Positions 1 to 10,366 are shown, counted from the first letter of the stretch. The stretch: DNA of 64,000 nt from Rhynchopus sp. YZ270_cl-10 (GCA_964035575.1 OZ037837.1:1736001-1800000); one strand, 5' to 3'. Program-made: numbers and translations. Notes: generated by a model not told the origin, from the letters alone.

Positions 1-299
1 AGGGTGGGGGAGGGAAAATACGATGCCGGTTGCATGACACAAAAGAAATGGGAAAAACAAAAGAAAAACAAAACAAAACAAAAACCAGATGAAAGAATTC
101 CTTCGACGGGGGAAGAGAACGAAAGCTGGAAAAAAAAATGGGGAGGGGAAATGGGTTTCCAAAAAAAACAGAGGGTGAGAAAGCGTTCCTCAACCTCACC
201 CCCCATTTTTTTTTTTTTTTACTGGTTTTCTTCCTTGCTTTCGTATTTTTTGTTTTCTTTATCTATGTGGATCCCCCCCAGTGAACCGTTAGGGACCCC

Positions 300-585
300 G
301 CTCTGCCGTGGCAGTCGTGGTTAGCGTTGTCATGTTTGTCTGTAGCACACAAGTAAGAAGAGAGACTCTAGGTCTCATTGGCGTCTGTTTCTCAAAAGTT
401 TGGTTGTTGTTCTACTCTTGTGGGTTGCCGTTAAACGGAAGCGCCTCCCCATTTACCACGAAAATCGGCCGGAACATACAGGCTGCACAGATCTCCCCCC
501 ACTATGTGGCAGTCGAGCCTTGTTACGTGGCTCCCTGGCCTGACTGCGAACTCCGCGCAACCTCACACGAGGTTAACCACGGAGT
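300..585 (-). repeat. Dispersed SINE-like/structured repeat, copy 1
   Basis: Shares AGTCAGGCCAG, ACTGCCACA..GGGGGAGA and CCGT(G/T)TAACGGCAACCCACAAGAGTAGAACAACAAC with 17510-17620 and 17854-18045. Confidence 0.6.
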
Positions 586-685
586 CAAAAGGAAAAAAAA
601 AATATGATAAAAAAAAAAAAATTTATAAAGTGCACCCAAGCCCCGGGGCCTGGGCACTTTATAAATTAAAAGGAAAATCAATGAT

Positions 686-772
686 TTGTTTTTTTTTGTT
701 TTTTTTTTTTTGCTTTTTTTTTTTTTTTTTTTTTTTGTTTTTTTTCTGTTTTTTTGTTGTTTTTTTTTTTTT
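686..772 (-). repeat. Internal A-rich tract (probable earlier poly(A) tail of the LINE)
   Basis: ~85 nt T-rich run on +, about 190 nt downstream of the ORF2 stop. Confidence 0.6.
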
Positions 773-962
773 GAAAAGTAAAAAGTATGTTTGAAAGTGT
801 AACACACGTCTTCGTAGAAGACGGCGTTCCGCACATGTATTGTCTTCGCAACCGTCAGTTGCGCTGGTCGTGGTGCCGCAGGTACATCCTGGGCTTGCTT
901 TTTGTTCGTGGTTTTTTTTTTTTTTCTTGTCTTTATTGTTTCAAGTTTTGGCCGGCGTCTCC

Positions 963-2625
963 TCAGTAGGTGTTGCTCCGCACGAGTTCAGGCAGGCTGG
1001 CCTCTGTCAGTTTTGCCGCGCTGATGTACTTCAGGCACAACTGGGGTTGCTCTAGCAGTAAGAACTTGAGCGACTTGTTTGGCAGTAGGTCTGTCCTTAG
1101 TGCCTTGGTGGCTGAACACACTTTGAACATGTGTTTCAGTGTCGCCTTTGCTTTTGCCGTGCAGTTGTTGCAGCGTGCCACGTCGTTGCTGCCCATGTAG
1201 TCGAACAGCGCAGGGTGGCGCTCTGTCCGCAGCAGTCTCATCTGCACTGCTCCCCGCCGCGTGAGCTCCGGTGTGCTCAGCTTGGGTCGCGACACTCCCT
1301 TCGGGGTGTCCGCCGTGATCGTGCTGTAGAGTTCGCTCGCCGGTTGGGGTGTGTAGCTGGAGCAGACTGCGCGTATCGCCGCTTTGCACGCGAGGAGCGT
1401 GAGTGGTTCCTCTTGTAGGCGGCCTTTTTGTGATGCCCGTTCTGCTTGGTACGTGGCCGTACCTAACTTGGCTTCGTGGTCCGCTTCCTCATTTCCACTC
1501 ACCCCCACATGTGACGGGATGTACTGCATGATCACCCGCACCTTGGTTGTAGCCCGGTGTAGTGCCGACCACACGTCGCAGAGAAGTCCCGTAGCCTTCA
1601 CCGGACCTGTCTCCAACGCACGTAGTGCTGACTGGCTGTCTGTGAGGATTACCACCGTGTTGTGTTTGTGGTCTGTGCGGTGCAGTTCCTCCACCATCGG
1701 AAGTGCCTCTCTGATGGCCACCAGCTCGGCGGTGTACGATATGCTCATCCGCCCTGCTCCGACGTTGGCTGTCGCTATTTCTTTGTCGCTGTCTCCCGGG
1801 TAGACCACAATGCCTGCACCCCCGTGGCCTCGTCCGCCTTCCACCGACCCGTCTGTGTAGACGTGAAGGTCCGCTGGTGGCAGCTCTGCGATGGTCTGCT
1901 CTGTCAAGCTTCTCGCCTCTGCGTCCGTCTGCGTGCCCTTCTTGAAGCCAGCCACGTAGGGCCGGATGTCGACCTTGGGGAGGACCTCCTTCCAGCGCCA
2001 GGGTGCCACCGGGTAGTGTGTCTGGGACATCGCTGGTTGGTCGTGGCGGTACATCTTCGTCTGTTCCACTGTGTCCTTCGCCGACCGTAACCAGGTCAGT
2101 TTCGTATCGCTTGAATGCATTGCACACTCTGCTGGGGTCTCCAGTTGTCGACGTGCACGTTCGTACAGGGCTGCTGCATCGAATTCGACGTGCTCTCGTA
2201 TCTTCCTCAGGTGTGCTTCCCAGAGTAGGTCCTCTGCTTTGGTGTAGTAGTTACACCCGGTGATGACCCTCGCCCCCCTTCGGTGGAGTACTTCCAGAGT
2301 TTCAAGGCCTGCCTCATTTAGCGCTGGTCCCCACACCGCCAGTGCATACGTTATGGTCGGGAGCACGTACGTCATGTACACCTGTCTCAGCATGTGGGCA
2401 TCGCACCCCCAGTCCCGTCCAGCCATGAGCTGGATCAGAGAAAGTTTTTTGAGGAACTTCGTCTTCACCGCCGCCAGTTGTGGCTGCATCGTCAGTGCGT
2501 CATCCAGTTCCACCCCCAGGTAACGGACCGTCTGCGCACGGTTCACCACTGCTCCGTCTGCGTACTTCACTTCGCACTTAGCTTTTCTGATGTCGGCACG
2601 ATCGCCCTTCTCGGACTGGCATCAC
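963..2625 (-). CDS. LINE ORF2 C-terminal part: RT thumb, RNase H and C-terminal CCHC finger (after a frameshift)
   Basis: YLGV thumb motif; RNase H motifs VYTDGS, AELVAI, ILTDSQSAL, PSHVGVSGNEEAD; CxxC...H...C; this frame is open back to ~2621 and overlaps the end of the upstream ORF. Confidence 0.9.
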
Positions 2626-5055
2626 GAAGGTTTTCCTGCGGGATATCGTGAATCCAAGTTTGGGGAGGTGTTCCTCTAGCAGTGTAAGGACCTTCTGTAT
2701 CGCCGCTGTTGCTTCCTCCAGTGTGCGCTCCGTACACATGATGGCCAGGTCGTCAGCGAAGATGCAGAAGTGGGCCGTCGTTCCTTCCAGGATCTCTGCC
2801 ACCTCCGTCATCACCAGATTGAACAGTAGTGGTGAGAGCACTGTGCCCTGGGGAACACCCTCCCGCATCACGTATTCCTCGCTCCGTGTTCCTTCCACCG
2901 TTGTCCTTGCCGTTCTGTGCTTCAGGTAATCCGTGAGCCACCTGATGTATCGCTCTGGTACCTGGTGTTGGTGGAGCCTTTCCAGAATTTTCCCCCGTTT
3001 AACCTTGTCGTAGGCCTTGTCGAGGTCCAGCGTCAGAATGATGGGGACTTCTTTCTTCGCTGCGGAGTCCTTAGCCAGCTGCGTGATGTAGGCCAGGTTG
3101 TCCACGGCGGAACGGAAGCGTCTGAATCCTGTCTGTTTGGGATGTAGGTTCTGTGTGGCCTCGTTTGGGTCTTCCATCAGCTGGAGCAGTCTGTTCGCTA
3201 GCACGTGTTCCATCACCTTACTCACGGTACTCGTCAGGGCTATCGGCCGGTAGGATTCGAGGTCTTCCTCTGGCTTCCCTTGTTTGTGGATAGGGAAAAG
3301 TATGGCCTTCTTCCATTCTTTGGGTAGTTGCCCCTGCTTCCACGAGAGGTTCATGACATGTAGAAGCCCTTTTTTTGCGGCGGGTCCGAGGTGCATCAAC
3401 ATCTCGTTGTGTATCCCATCCGCTCCAGGTGACTTTCCTGCTTCTAGGACGTTCAGTGCGGCGTCCAGCTCCTCCAGTGTCAGGGGTGCTTCAGCTCCTT
3501 GGGATCCTGCCGTAGTTTGCTGCTCCGCATCCGGTAGGCCTGTGCCGTCACTCACGCTGCAGTAGTGCTCCCCCAGTGCGTCCGCCTTCTCCTTGTTGGT
3601 GGAGAGCTGTTGTTTTTCCTGTTGTCCCTCTTTTTTTACTTTTATGGGGTACGACTGCGCCTTGTCCGCCCGTCCGTCCAACTCGCGCAGCAGCCTGAAG
3701 GCCCCGGAGGTTGCTACTGCCTTGGTGCACTTGTCCTCCCACACCTCTCTCTTCGCCTTCCGTATCGCATTGGCCGTCTGCCGCCGGAGTTCCGTGAGTG
3801 CGTCCCCGTCGGCCACGGTCAGGGTCTCCTCCTTCTGCTGTCTGCGGAGTTCTCTGTCTCGTTGCTTCTGGGCCTTCTTCACCGCACCGTTGCACCAGCG
3901 TCGCTTCTTCTTCCTTGCCTTGCCTCTGGGGATGTGCCTCCTCGCGATGTTCTTCACCATCCCTGCCCACTTGGCTGCTGCGGTGCTGATCGAGCCCCAC
4001 TTCATTGCGTCTGGCGAACTGCGCTCCATCTCCTTGGTGAAGCCTGCCCAGTTCGCCTTCTTCCAGTTCCACAGCTCTTTTTTGAGTTTCACCTCAGGAT
4101 GTGTTGGAGGTGTTTGGGCGTTCGCTTGCACTTCAAACTCTATCGGCAGGTGGTCGGAGTTGAGCGTTTCCCGTGTTTGCCAATTGGGGTCGGCCCAGTC
4201 TCTGTCTGCGAAGACCACATCTGGTGACGTTTTGGTACCGCGCTGGATCCGCGTTGCTTCCTTCTTGTTCCAGCATCGCATGTTGTTCCCCAACGCCCAG
4301 TCGTGTAGGTCAGTTCCCGTTTGGTTGGGAATTTTCGCCTGACTCCACGCCTGGTGATGTGCGTTGATGTCCCCTGCGATCACGCAGCCCTCTCCCGTTG
4401 GCAGATCCTGTGTTGCGAAGTCATCCTCTCTCTGGTCCCCCTTCTGTAGACCCACCCCGCTCGGCCGGTACACATTCGTGAAGAGCACGCCCTCCACAAT
4501 CACATCCAGCCTCTCTGTGGTCTCCCACGCTTCGAAGGGTTGTTCTGTCGCACGCAAGTTCTTCTTCACCAGTGTCGCAATCCCTCCCCCATGCGTCTCG
4601 CTGATGTCTTTTTTTCGAGCTACCGTTCGCACCCGCAGGAAAGTCCTGTACCCGTCAAAGTTCAGCTTGCCCGTTTGCGCCGCCATGAGTTCTTGGAGGT
4701 GTACTACATCGTACTTCTCCTTCTCCAGGACCTGCTTCAGCTCCCCTTTCTTCGGGCCCGTCAGCCCCCCCGCATTCCAACTCATGCAGCGAAGGGTTCT
4801 TGGTTTTGGTCCTTGCTCTGGTTCTGGCTCTGGTCCTGGCTCAGGCTCGATGCCGTCCTCTAGCAGTTGGTTGCTCTTGATGGTGGAGGAGGTCTTGTCG
4901 AGTGTGGGGTCTGTGTTCGGTCGACCTGAGTGGTGTTGATGAGTCATCCTTGGGTGTGCGTGGGTCTTCCACTTGTACGGAAGCAAAAAAGGCAGTAGCA
5001 GCAGCAGCACACTATCCAGCATTAACCACACCAACAGCAACACCAGACACAACAG
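2578..5055 (-). CDS. LINE ORF2 N-terminal part: AP endonuclease + reverse transcriptase; +1 frameshift near 2580-2620
   Basis: APE motifs SWNAGG, LQE, AGDINAHH, SDHLPI; RT motifs YRPIAL, QTGFR, LDLDKAYD, GVPQGTVLSP, FADD. Confidence 0.92.
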   Translation of the reverse strand: MLCLVLLLVWLMLDSVLLLLLPFLLPYKWKTHAHPRMTHQHHSGRPNTDPTLDKTSSTIKSNQLLEDGIEPEPGPEPEPEQGPKPRTLRCMSWNAGGLTGPKKGELKQVLEKEKYDVVHLQELMAAQTGKLNFDGYRTFLRVRTVARKKDISETHGGGIATLVKKNLRATEQPFEAWETTERLDVIVEGVLFTNVYRPSGVGLQKGDQREDDFATQDLPTGEGCVIAGDINAHHQAWSQAKIPNQTGTDLHDWALGNNMRCWNKKEATRIQRGTKTSPDVVFADRDWADPNWQTRETLNSDHLPIEFEVQANAQTPPTHPEVKLKKELWNWKKANWAGFTKEMERSSPDAMKWGSISTAAAKWAGMVKNIARRHIPRGKARKKKRRWCNGAVKKAQKQRDRELRRQQKEETLTVADGDALTELRRQTANAIRKAKREVWEDKCTKAVATSGAFRLLRELDGRADKAQSYPIKVKKEGQQEKQQLSTNKEKADALGEHYCSVSDGTGLPDAEQQTTAGSQGAEAPLTLEELDAALNVLEAGKSPGADGIHNEMLMHLGPAAKKGLLHVMNLSWKQGQLPKEWKKAILFPIHKQGKPEEDLESYRPIALTSTVSKVMEHVLANRLLQLMEDPNEATQNLHPKQTGFRRFRSAVDNLAYITQLAKDSAAKKEVPIILTLDLDKAYDKVKRGKILERLHQHQVPERYIRWLTDYLKHRTARTTVEGTRSEEYVMREGVPQGTVLSPLLFNLVMTEVAEILEGTTAHFCIFADDLAIMCTERTLEEATAAIQKVLTLLEEHLPKLGFTISRRKTFVMPVREGRSCRHQKS

Positions 5056-7125
5056 TCAGTACCGCATGCTGCGGCGCTTCTCTTTCTCTTTCCTTGGCGA
5101 GGGGGAGGGCGTCGTCGCTAAGATCCGTCGTGTGTTCTTGGGGGTGGCACGGTCACGTTCGTCCCGCTCCGCTCTCTTCCCCCTGTTCAGCTGCTTGGGT
5201 GGCGTCAAGCCCATGCGGAGGCGGCGTTCTTCTGCGTGGAGGACGTCCCTCGCACGTTTCAGCTGGCGTTCCTCCTCCTGGCGCACCAGTGCTGCCGCTG
5301 TCGCGAGATCCATCTCCTCCTCTCGCTCTGTTTCCCGCTTTTTTTTTAAAAAAGCCTCGTAAGAGGCTTCGGCCTCTTGCAGCACTGCCTCCGTCGCCAG
5401 CCGTTTCGCTTCTGCTGAGGCGAATGCGTTCCTCCTCTTCTCCTCGGCCAACTCCTCCTGGCGTGTCTTCTTCAGGATTTCGTTATACTCCTGCCACTGT
5501 GCTTCTTCGCGTGCCTTCGCTTCTGCCCTCTCCGCCTCTGCAGTGTCGAATTCACGGCGGCGGTCCGTCTCTTCCTGCCGCCTCTGTGCCTGCAGCCGTT
5601 CTTCTGCTTCTTCTCTCTGTTCGCGTTGCTGTTGTTGTTGCCTCTGCTGTTGTTGCTGCCGCTGCTGCTGTTGCTGCCGCTGCTGCTGTTGCTTCCGCTC
5701 CTGCGTTTGCGTGGGTTCCTTCTTCGCCTTCGTCTCCTTCTTCGGCGGTGCCGTCACCTTCACCTCCTCATCGATTTGCATCTCGCCTTCTCCTTCTTCT
5801 TCTTCTTCTTCTTCCGGTTCGGTGCGTCGCTGTTGTAGCTTTAGGTCGCGCATCTCCGTCATCAGCTGGTCCAGCTGGCTCGCCATGCGTTGCAGCGTCT
5901 GCTGCATCTCGTCCTTCTCTGCCCGCAGTGCACCTTCTCTCTCCTTCGACTCCAGGAGTTCCCGACGCATCTTCTCCACCTCGGCGTCCTGTGCGGGGTC
6001 TGCCACGTAGGGCTTGGGCACGTAGTCCTGCTGTGCCGCCCTTCCTTCCTCTTTTCCTTTTCCTTTTTTATTTGCGGCGTCAAACAGCCACCCTTCTTTG
6101 GTACGGTCGTACCGACGGAAGGTCAGCACGTCCTCCCCCACCACTACCGGCTTCAGCGTCCCCGGCGGTGCGCCCCGGACGAGAAGCACCCTGTGCGTGC
6201 CGTGCTTGCCGGTCCTCACCAACTCCGGCTCCCACGCGTGCTGCTCGCTCAGGATTGCCCGCACTCCGTTCTTCGACAGCGAGAGAGGCAGCCCGTCCAC
6301 CACCCACATCTCTGCCCAGAGGTTCGTCTTCCCCTGCTCGCCCAACACCTTGCTGGCCTGCTCCTGTGTGGTGCCTTCCGGAACCGCGACGCCGAGTCCG
6401 CCCCGCGACAGCAGCACCACTCGCCCGCTCAGCTCGGTGGCCTGGTTCCGCGCCGTCTCCAGGTTCACTGTGCTCGGTAGCGGCGTCACCCGGTCGCCAC
6501 CCCGTCCCGACCCGTTGGTGAAGAACGGCCTGGCGAAGAAGCCGTCATCGCCGCTTCCTGCCAGCACGTCCTTCACCTGCGCGCCGTCTACTCCAATCTT
6601 AAAAGCCGCCGTCTTTGCGGCTGGCTTCCCCTTCTTCGCCTTCAGCTCCACGGCGGTCTGCACCTCGCCTCCGTGTGCCTTCACCCATGCACATGCTGCG
6701 GCACGGGTCACGCTGTTGCGGCTTTCCACCACAACGTATTTGGTTTGGGGCAATGCCCCCTGGTGCTGCTTTGCACCCGCCGTCTTGTGCACCGCCTGTA
6801 CGGTGCTGACTGAGCACAGGAACCGGCGCTCCGTCCTCATCTCCTCCCCCCGCACCGTCACGAGGGAGATCAGTGGGGCCGCCAACCCCTGTGGTTTGTC
6901 GGCCGGGGCTACGAGTACCCCTGCCGTGTGCTGGTGCTGCGGCTTCTGCAGCGCTTCCTCCACTTCCTTACGGCTGCACCACAGGATGCCTCCGTTTTTT
7001 TTCTTAAAATCAGCCAAGTTGGCTGCGAGTCGGCTGTCAGGAAAGTCCTCAGCCCGGGGTCTCCACATCGCCCCTGCCACCTCTTCGTCAGCCTTCTTCA
7101 TCGTCTGCTGTCCAGAGGACCCCAT
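5056..7125 (-). CDS. LINE ORF1 (689 aa, long coiled-coil and Q/E-rich C-terminal half)
   Basis: ATG at 7125 is the first AUG after the spliced leader (80-nt 5' UTR); long ORF directly upstream of, and in frame with, the APE-RT ORF. Confidence 0.8.
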   Translation of the reverse strand: MGSSGQQTMKKADEEVAGAMWRPRAEDFPDSRLAANLADFKKKNGGILWCSRKEVEEALQKPQHQHTAGVLVAPADKPQGLAAPLISLVTVRGEEMRTERRFLCSVSTVQAVHKTAGAKQHQGALPQTKYVVVESRNSVTRAAACAWVKAHGGEVQTAVELKAKKGKPAAKTAAFKIGVDGAQVKDVLAGSGDDGFFARPFFTNGSGRGGDRVTPLPSTVNLETARNQATELSGRVVLLSRGGLGVAVPEGTTQEQASKVLGEQGKTNLWAEMWVVDGLPLSLSKNGVRAILSEQHAWEPELVRTGKHGTHRVLLVRGAPPGTLKPVVVGEDVLTFRRYDRTKEGWLFDAANKKGKGKEEGRAAQQDYVPKPYVADPAQDAEVEKMRRELLESKEREGALRAEKDEMQQTLQRMASQLDQLMTEMRDLKLQQRRTEPEEEEEEEGEGEMQIDEEVKVTAPPKKETKAKKEPTQTQERKQQQQRQQQQQRQQQQQRQQQQQREQREEAEERLQAQRRQEETDRRREFDTAEAERAEAKAREEAQWQEYNEILKKTRQEELAEEKRRNAFASAEAKRLATEAVLQEAEASYEAFLKKKRETEREEEMDLATAAALVRQEEERQLKRARDVLHAEERRLRMGLTPPKQLNRGKRAERDERDRATPKNTRRILATTPSPSPRKEKEKRRSMRY

Positions 7126-7205
7126 CGTGGAGGGGGGTGGCTTTTTTGGGGGGAGGGGGGGAGCAGTTGGGATGTGCTCAGGGTTAATTCTTGATTCACT
7201 GTGTC

Positions 7206-7245
7206 CAATGAAGTACAGAAACTGTAGCTTTAGAAATCGTTGGTT
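7206..7245 (-). other. Complete spliced-leader (SL) exon sequence embedded near the LINE 5' end
   Basis: Minus strand reads AACCAACGATTTCTAAAGCTACAGTTTCTGTACTTCATTG, matching the diplonemid/euglenozoan SL pattern (AACCAACG...CAGTTTCTGTACT..ATTG); followed by GACACAG, not a GT donor. Confidence 0.88.
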
Positions 7246-8099
7246 GCCCTTCTTCTTAACATTGCTCTGAGCACCAACATGTTCTGTTCCACCCCCCATT
7301 TTTTCGTGATTATTTTTTTAATACTTTTCTTTAGAATCAACAGAGTGTGTACGTTAAGGTTTCTCGTCAGTCACACCATAATCCAACGTTTCCTGAGAGG
7401 TGTGTGCACGAGGCATATTCATCTTTGCAACTTTTCAACTTTTATTTTCTTAGATCTCTTTTATACTGGTTTAAATGGAGTAACGAGAGGCTTGTGGTCT
7501 GATAAGCTTGTCTATAATTTTTGTTTTTTCAATATTTTTTTCCGTCTCGACAAATCACTAAGAGTTGGGTGAAGCGAACCGGAGTATCTGTAAGCTCACA
7601 ACTCTTCAGCGGAAGGTGTACCGCCTGACGAGCGGTTGTGTACCTCCCTCGTTCACTTACGGTACGAACAAGCCATTTAGGTTTCTTTTTTCACATCTTC
7701 TGTTGTTGGCTGCAAGGTATTTGTGCTTTCATCCGGGGCTGGCAGCGTACGTGGGTCAGTCGGAGGTGCCTGCATCACGAACTTCATTTTTTCTTATTTT
7801 TTGTGTTGATTGATGTCAGTCGGATGCTGTCAGGATCAATAATATACCATTTCTTTGTCGTTCTCTCCGGGCTTCATTTGTTTTTCAGATTTAAAAAAGA
7901 ACCCACCCCCTTTTCGCGTCTGCAACATAACTATTTGTCTCTTCTTCACTGTTGAGTTGTTCCATATTTTATTAATATTAGACACTACAAAGCGTCATCG
8001 TCCAAAGGGAAAAATCTTCTCCCCTTGGACGAAAAATAGCAGTCCTCAGTCTCCCCCACACACACAACACCCACCAAGAAACAGAGAGACACAAAATAA

Positions 8100-9407
8100 A
8101 TGGAACTAACGGTTCGCACCTTTTGCAATAGGCAGTATGCGATTGAGGTGGGTGAGGATGACACAACGGAGAAGTTGCGGGAGAAGGTGGCGTCTGCAAC
8201 GGGGTTGTGCGAAGACGACTTTCACATGGAGTTTGGAGGGGGGGAAGTGGAGGACATCACGCAGCTGAGTGCTGGAGACACAGTTGTGCTGACGGAGGCG
8301 AAGGCGAAGAAGTACGAAGCCATTGCAGCACTTCACGCATTGGGTGAGAGAGACATCACAGCAGCAAGGTTGGAGGTGGTGACGGATCCGATGGTGGCCA
8401 CCTTGCTGCTGCAGGCAGAAGTTGCGACTCGGATTCCTGACGACTTCTTCCAATACAATGCAGTCACAGCCATTGATTTCAGCAACGTATCTGTTGTGGA
8501 TGTGATTGGGAACGGCTTCCTCCGTAGCTGCACGCTTTTGAGCGCAGTTAACCTGAGCGGGTTGTCTGCACTCACCAGGATTGAGGATCAATTCCTATGG
8601 TCCTGTACATCATTAACGACAGTAGACCTGAGCAGCTTACAATCAGTCACCACACTTGGTAAGTGGTGCCTAGGTGATTGCACAGCACTGACAGCAGTGG
8701 ACCTGAGCGGGTTGTCTGCACTCACCAGGATTGAGGATGGTTTCTTATATTCGTGTACAGCTTTGACAACAGTAAACCTCACTGGCTTGCGTGCAGTCAC
8801 CACCATCGGTGACAGTTTTATGTATAAGTGCACTGCTTTGACGACAGTAAACCTCACCGGCTTGCGCTCACTCACCACACTTGGTAAATGGTGTCTATCA
8901 CAGTGCACAGCACTGACCACAGTTAACCTGAGCGGGTTGTCTGCACTCACCAGGATTGAGGATTATTTCCTATTTTCCTGTCCAGCTTTGACGACAGTCT
9001 ACCTCACAGGCTTGCGTGCAGTCACCACAATCGGTAGTGATAGTCTGGCTTGTTGCACAGCACTCACAACAGTTGACATGAGTGGCATGTCTGCACTCAC
9101 CAGGATTGAGGATGGTTTCCTATCTTCCTGTCCAGCTTTGACAACAGTAAATCTCACAGTCCTGCGTGTAGTCACCACAATTAGTGCACGTTTTATGGAC
9201 CAGTGCACAACCTTGAAGACTGTGCGTGGACTGGGCACGTGTAGCTACGTAGTGCTGTACCATGTGGCTTGGCATCGAGCACGTTGTCTATTAATGGCAG
9301 CTGTTGATTGGACGCCTTGGATCGCTTTGTTGATTTTACTGTGTTATCTCTTGCTGCGCATACACAATGCAGTGAAAGGGTACCTATACGTTGGCACACT
9401 TGACTAA
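8100..9407 (+). CDS. Ubiquitin-like domain + 24-aa LRR array (BspA-like) with C-terminal hydrophobic helix
   Basis: N-terminal MELTVRTF..EVGEDDTTEKLREKVA Ubl-like; about 11 repeats of LTTVNLSGLSALTRIEDxFLxxC; hydrophobic tail WIALLILLCYLLL. Confidence 0.88.
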   Translation: MELTVRTFCNRQYAIEVGEDDTTEKLREKVASATGLCEDDFHMEFGGGEVEDITQLSAGDTVVLTEAKAKKYEAIAALHALGERDITAARLEVVTDPMVATLLLQAEVATRIPDDFFQYNAVTAIDFSNVSVVDVIGNGFLRSCTLLSAVNLSGLSALTRIEDQFLWSCTSLTTVDLSSLQSVTTLGKWCLGDCTALTAVDLSGLSALTRIEDGFLYSCTALTTVNLTGLRAVTTIGDSFMYKCTALTTVNLTGLRSLTTLGKWCLSQCTALTTVNLSGLSALTRIEDYFLFSCPALTTVYLTGLRAVTTIGSDSLACCTALTTVDMSGMSALTRIEDGFLSSCPALTTVNLTVLRVVTTISARFMDQCTTLKTVRGLGTCSYVVLYHVAWHRARCLLMAAVDWTPWIALLILLCYLLLRIHNAVKGYLYVGTLD

Positions 9408-9439
9408 TCGACACAAGGTGGTATCCGCACGTGAGATGT

Positions 9440-9600
9440 GCATTAGGAGTTGAGACGGAGAGAAGTGCACAGTCTGGGTGAGGACGATACCAACTGCGGA
9501 CATACGGCGGAAGGTGGCGTCTGCAGCAGCGTTGTGCGAAGACGGCTTTGGCATGAGCTTCGGAGGAAGGTCCTGTACGATGCAACAAACAACAAACGAC
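9440..9600 (+). pseudogene. Degenerate Ubl-domain fragment downstream of the Ubl-LRR gene
   Basis: GEDDT..RRKVASAAALCEDGFGMSFGG remnant with indels; repeated at ~20460-20620 and ~21760-21930. Confidence 0.6.
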
Positions 9601-9904
9601 GGATAGATGGAGAAGGGGGTGTGTTTCATTTGCAAAGATGTGAGTTGGGGGTGGGGGAAACATTCAAAAAAAAGTAGCAATACCCAACTGTTTCTTTTTC
9701 CACCAATTTTACCCTACTTAAAGTCTTCAAGGGGGTTTTTGAATCCAGAGCATACGTGAACATCGCACCGCAAGGTTGTTTCTAGGGGGGTCGGGGGAGT
9801 CAATTTGCCCCCCTGTAAAAAAACTACATATTTTCCACCCACCAGTGTTGGCACTGGTGAAGAGCGACGACACCCACACCGACTACTCCACGTGGAACGG
9901 GATG

Positions 9905-10105
9905 CATATGGGGCCCAACTTCATGTTTGAGTGCACAAACGTGAAGACTGTGCGTGGACTGGGCACGTGTAGCTACGTAGTGCTGTACCATGTGGCTTGG
10001 CATCGAGCATGGTGTATATTAATGGCAGGTTGGACGCCCTGGATCACTGCTTTGCTTTCCGTGTGTTCTGTGTACTGCGCATACACAATGCAGTGAAAGG
10101 GTACC
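9905..10105 (+). pseudogene. Orphan 3' end of a Ubl-LRR paralog
   Basis: Encodes TVRGLGTCSYVVLYHVAWHRA, nearly identical to 9215-9385. Confidence 0.7.
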
Positions 10106-10366
10106 GGGGGTACCCTCACCTAACTCGGCCCCATCCCACCCCCTCCCTTTCCCCCTTTCTCCCTGCCAAGCATCGTTTGAAAAATTGATTTTAAAAAAAG
10201 GTTCGCTTTTCTTCATTTCCTTACCACATTACCAACGGCCGCCCATTTTTTTACTCGAGTTTAAAATGTTCGAAACGTTTCTCACCCCCTCACAACACTG
10301 CCCCTGCCCTTCCCCCTTCTCTTTCACTATTCCTTTTACAGCTAAGAGATATAAGACAACGAAACA

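Larger units (their letters stand above)
212..7289 (-). mobile_element. Full-length non-LTR retrotransposon (I-group/Ingi-like LINE: ORF1, APE-RT-RNase H)
   Basis: 15-bp direct repeat CACCCCCCATTTTTT at 197-211 and 7290-7304 (TSD); poly(A) tail on the minus strand at 206-220; the joined flanks resemble an uninterrupted paralogous sequence at ~61195-61300; encodes APE, RT and RNase H. Confidence 0.85.

Noticed and set aside
7206..7245. SL RNA gene
   Set aside because: The exon is not followed by a GT donor or SL intron and is not in a tandem array
4902..7270. Long + strand ORFs (539 and 390 aa)
   Set aside because: Antisense shadows of GC-rich LINE ORF1 with no recognisable domains
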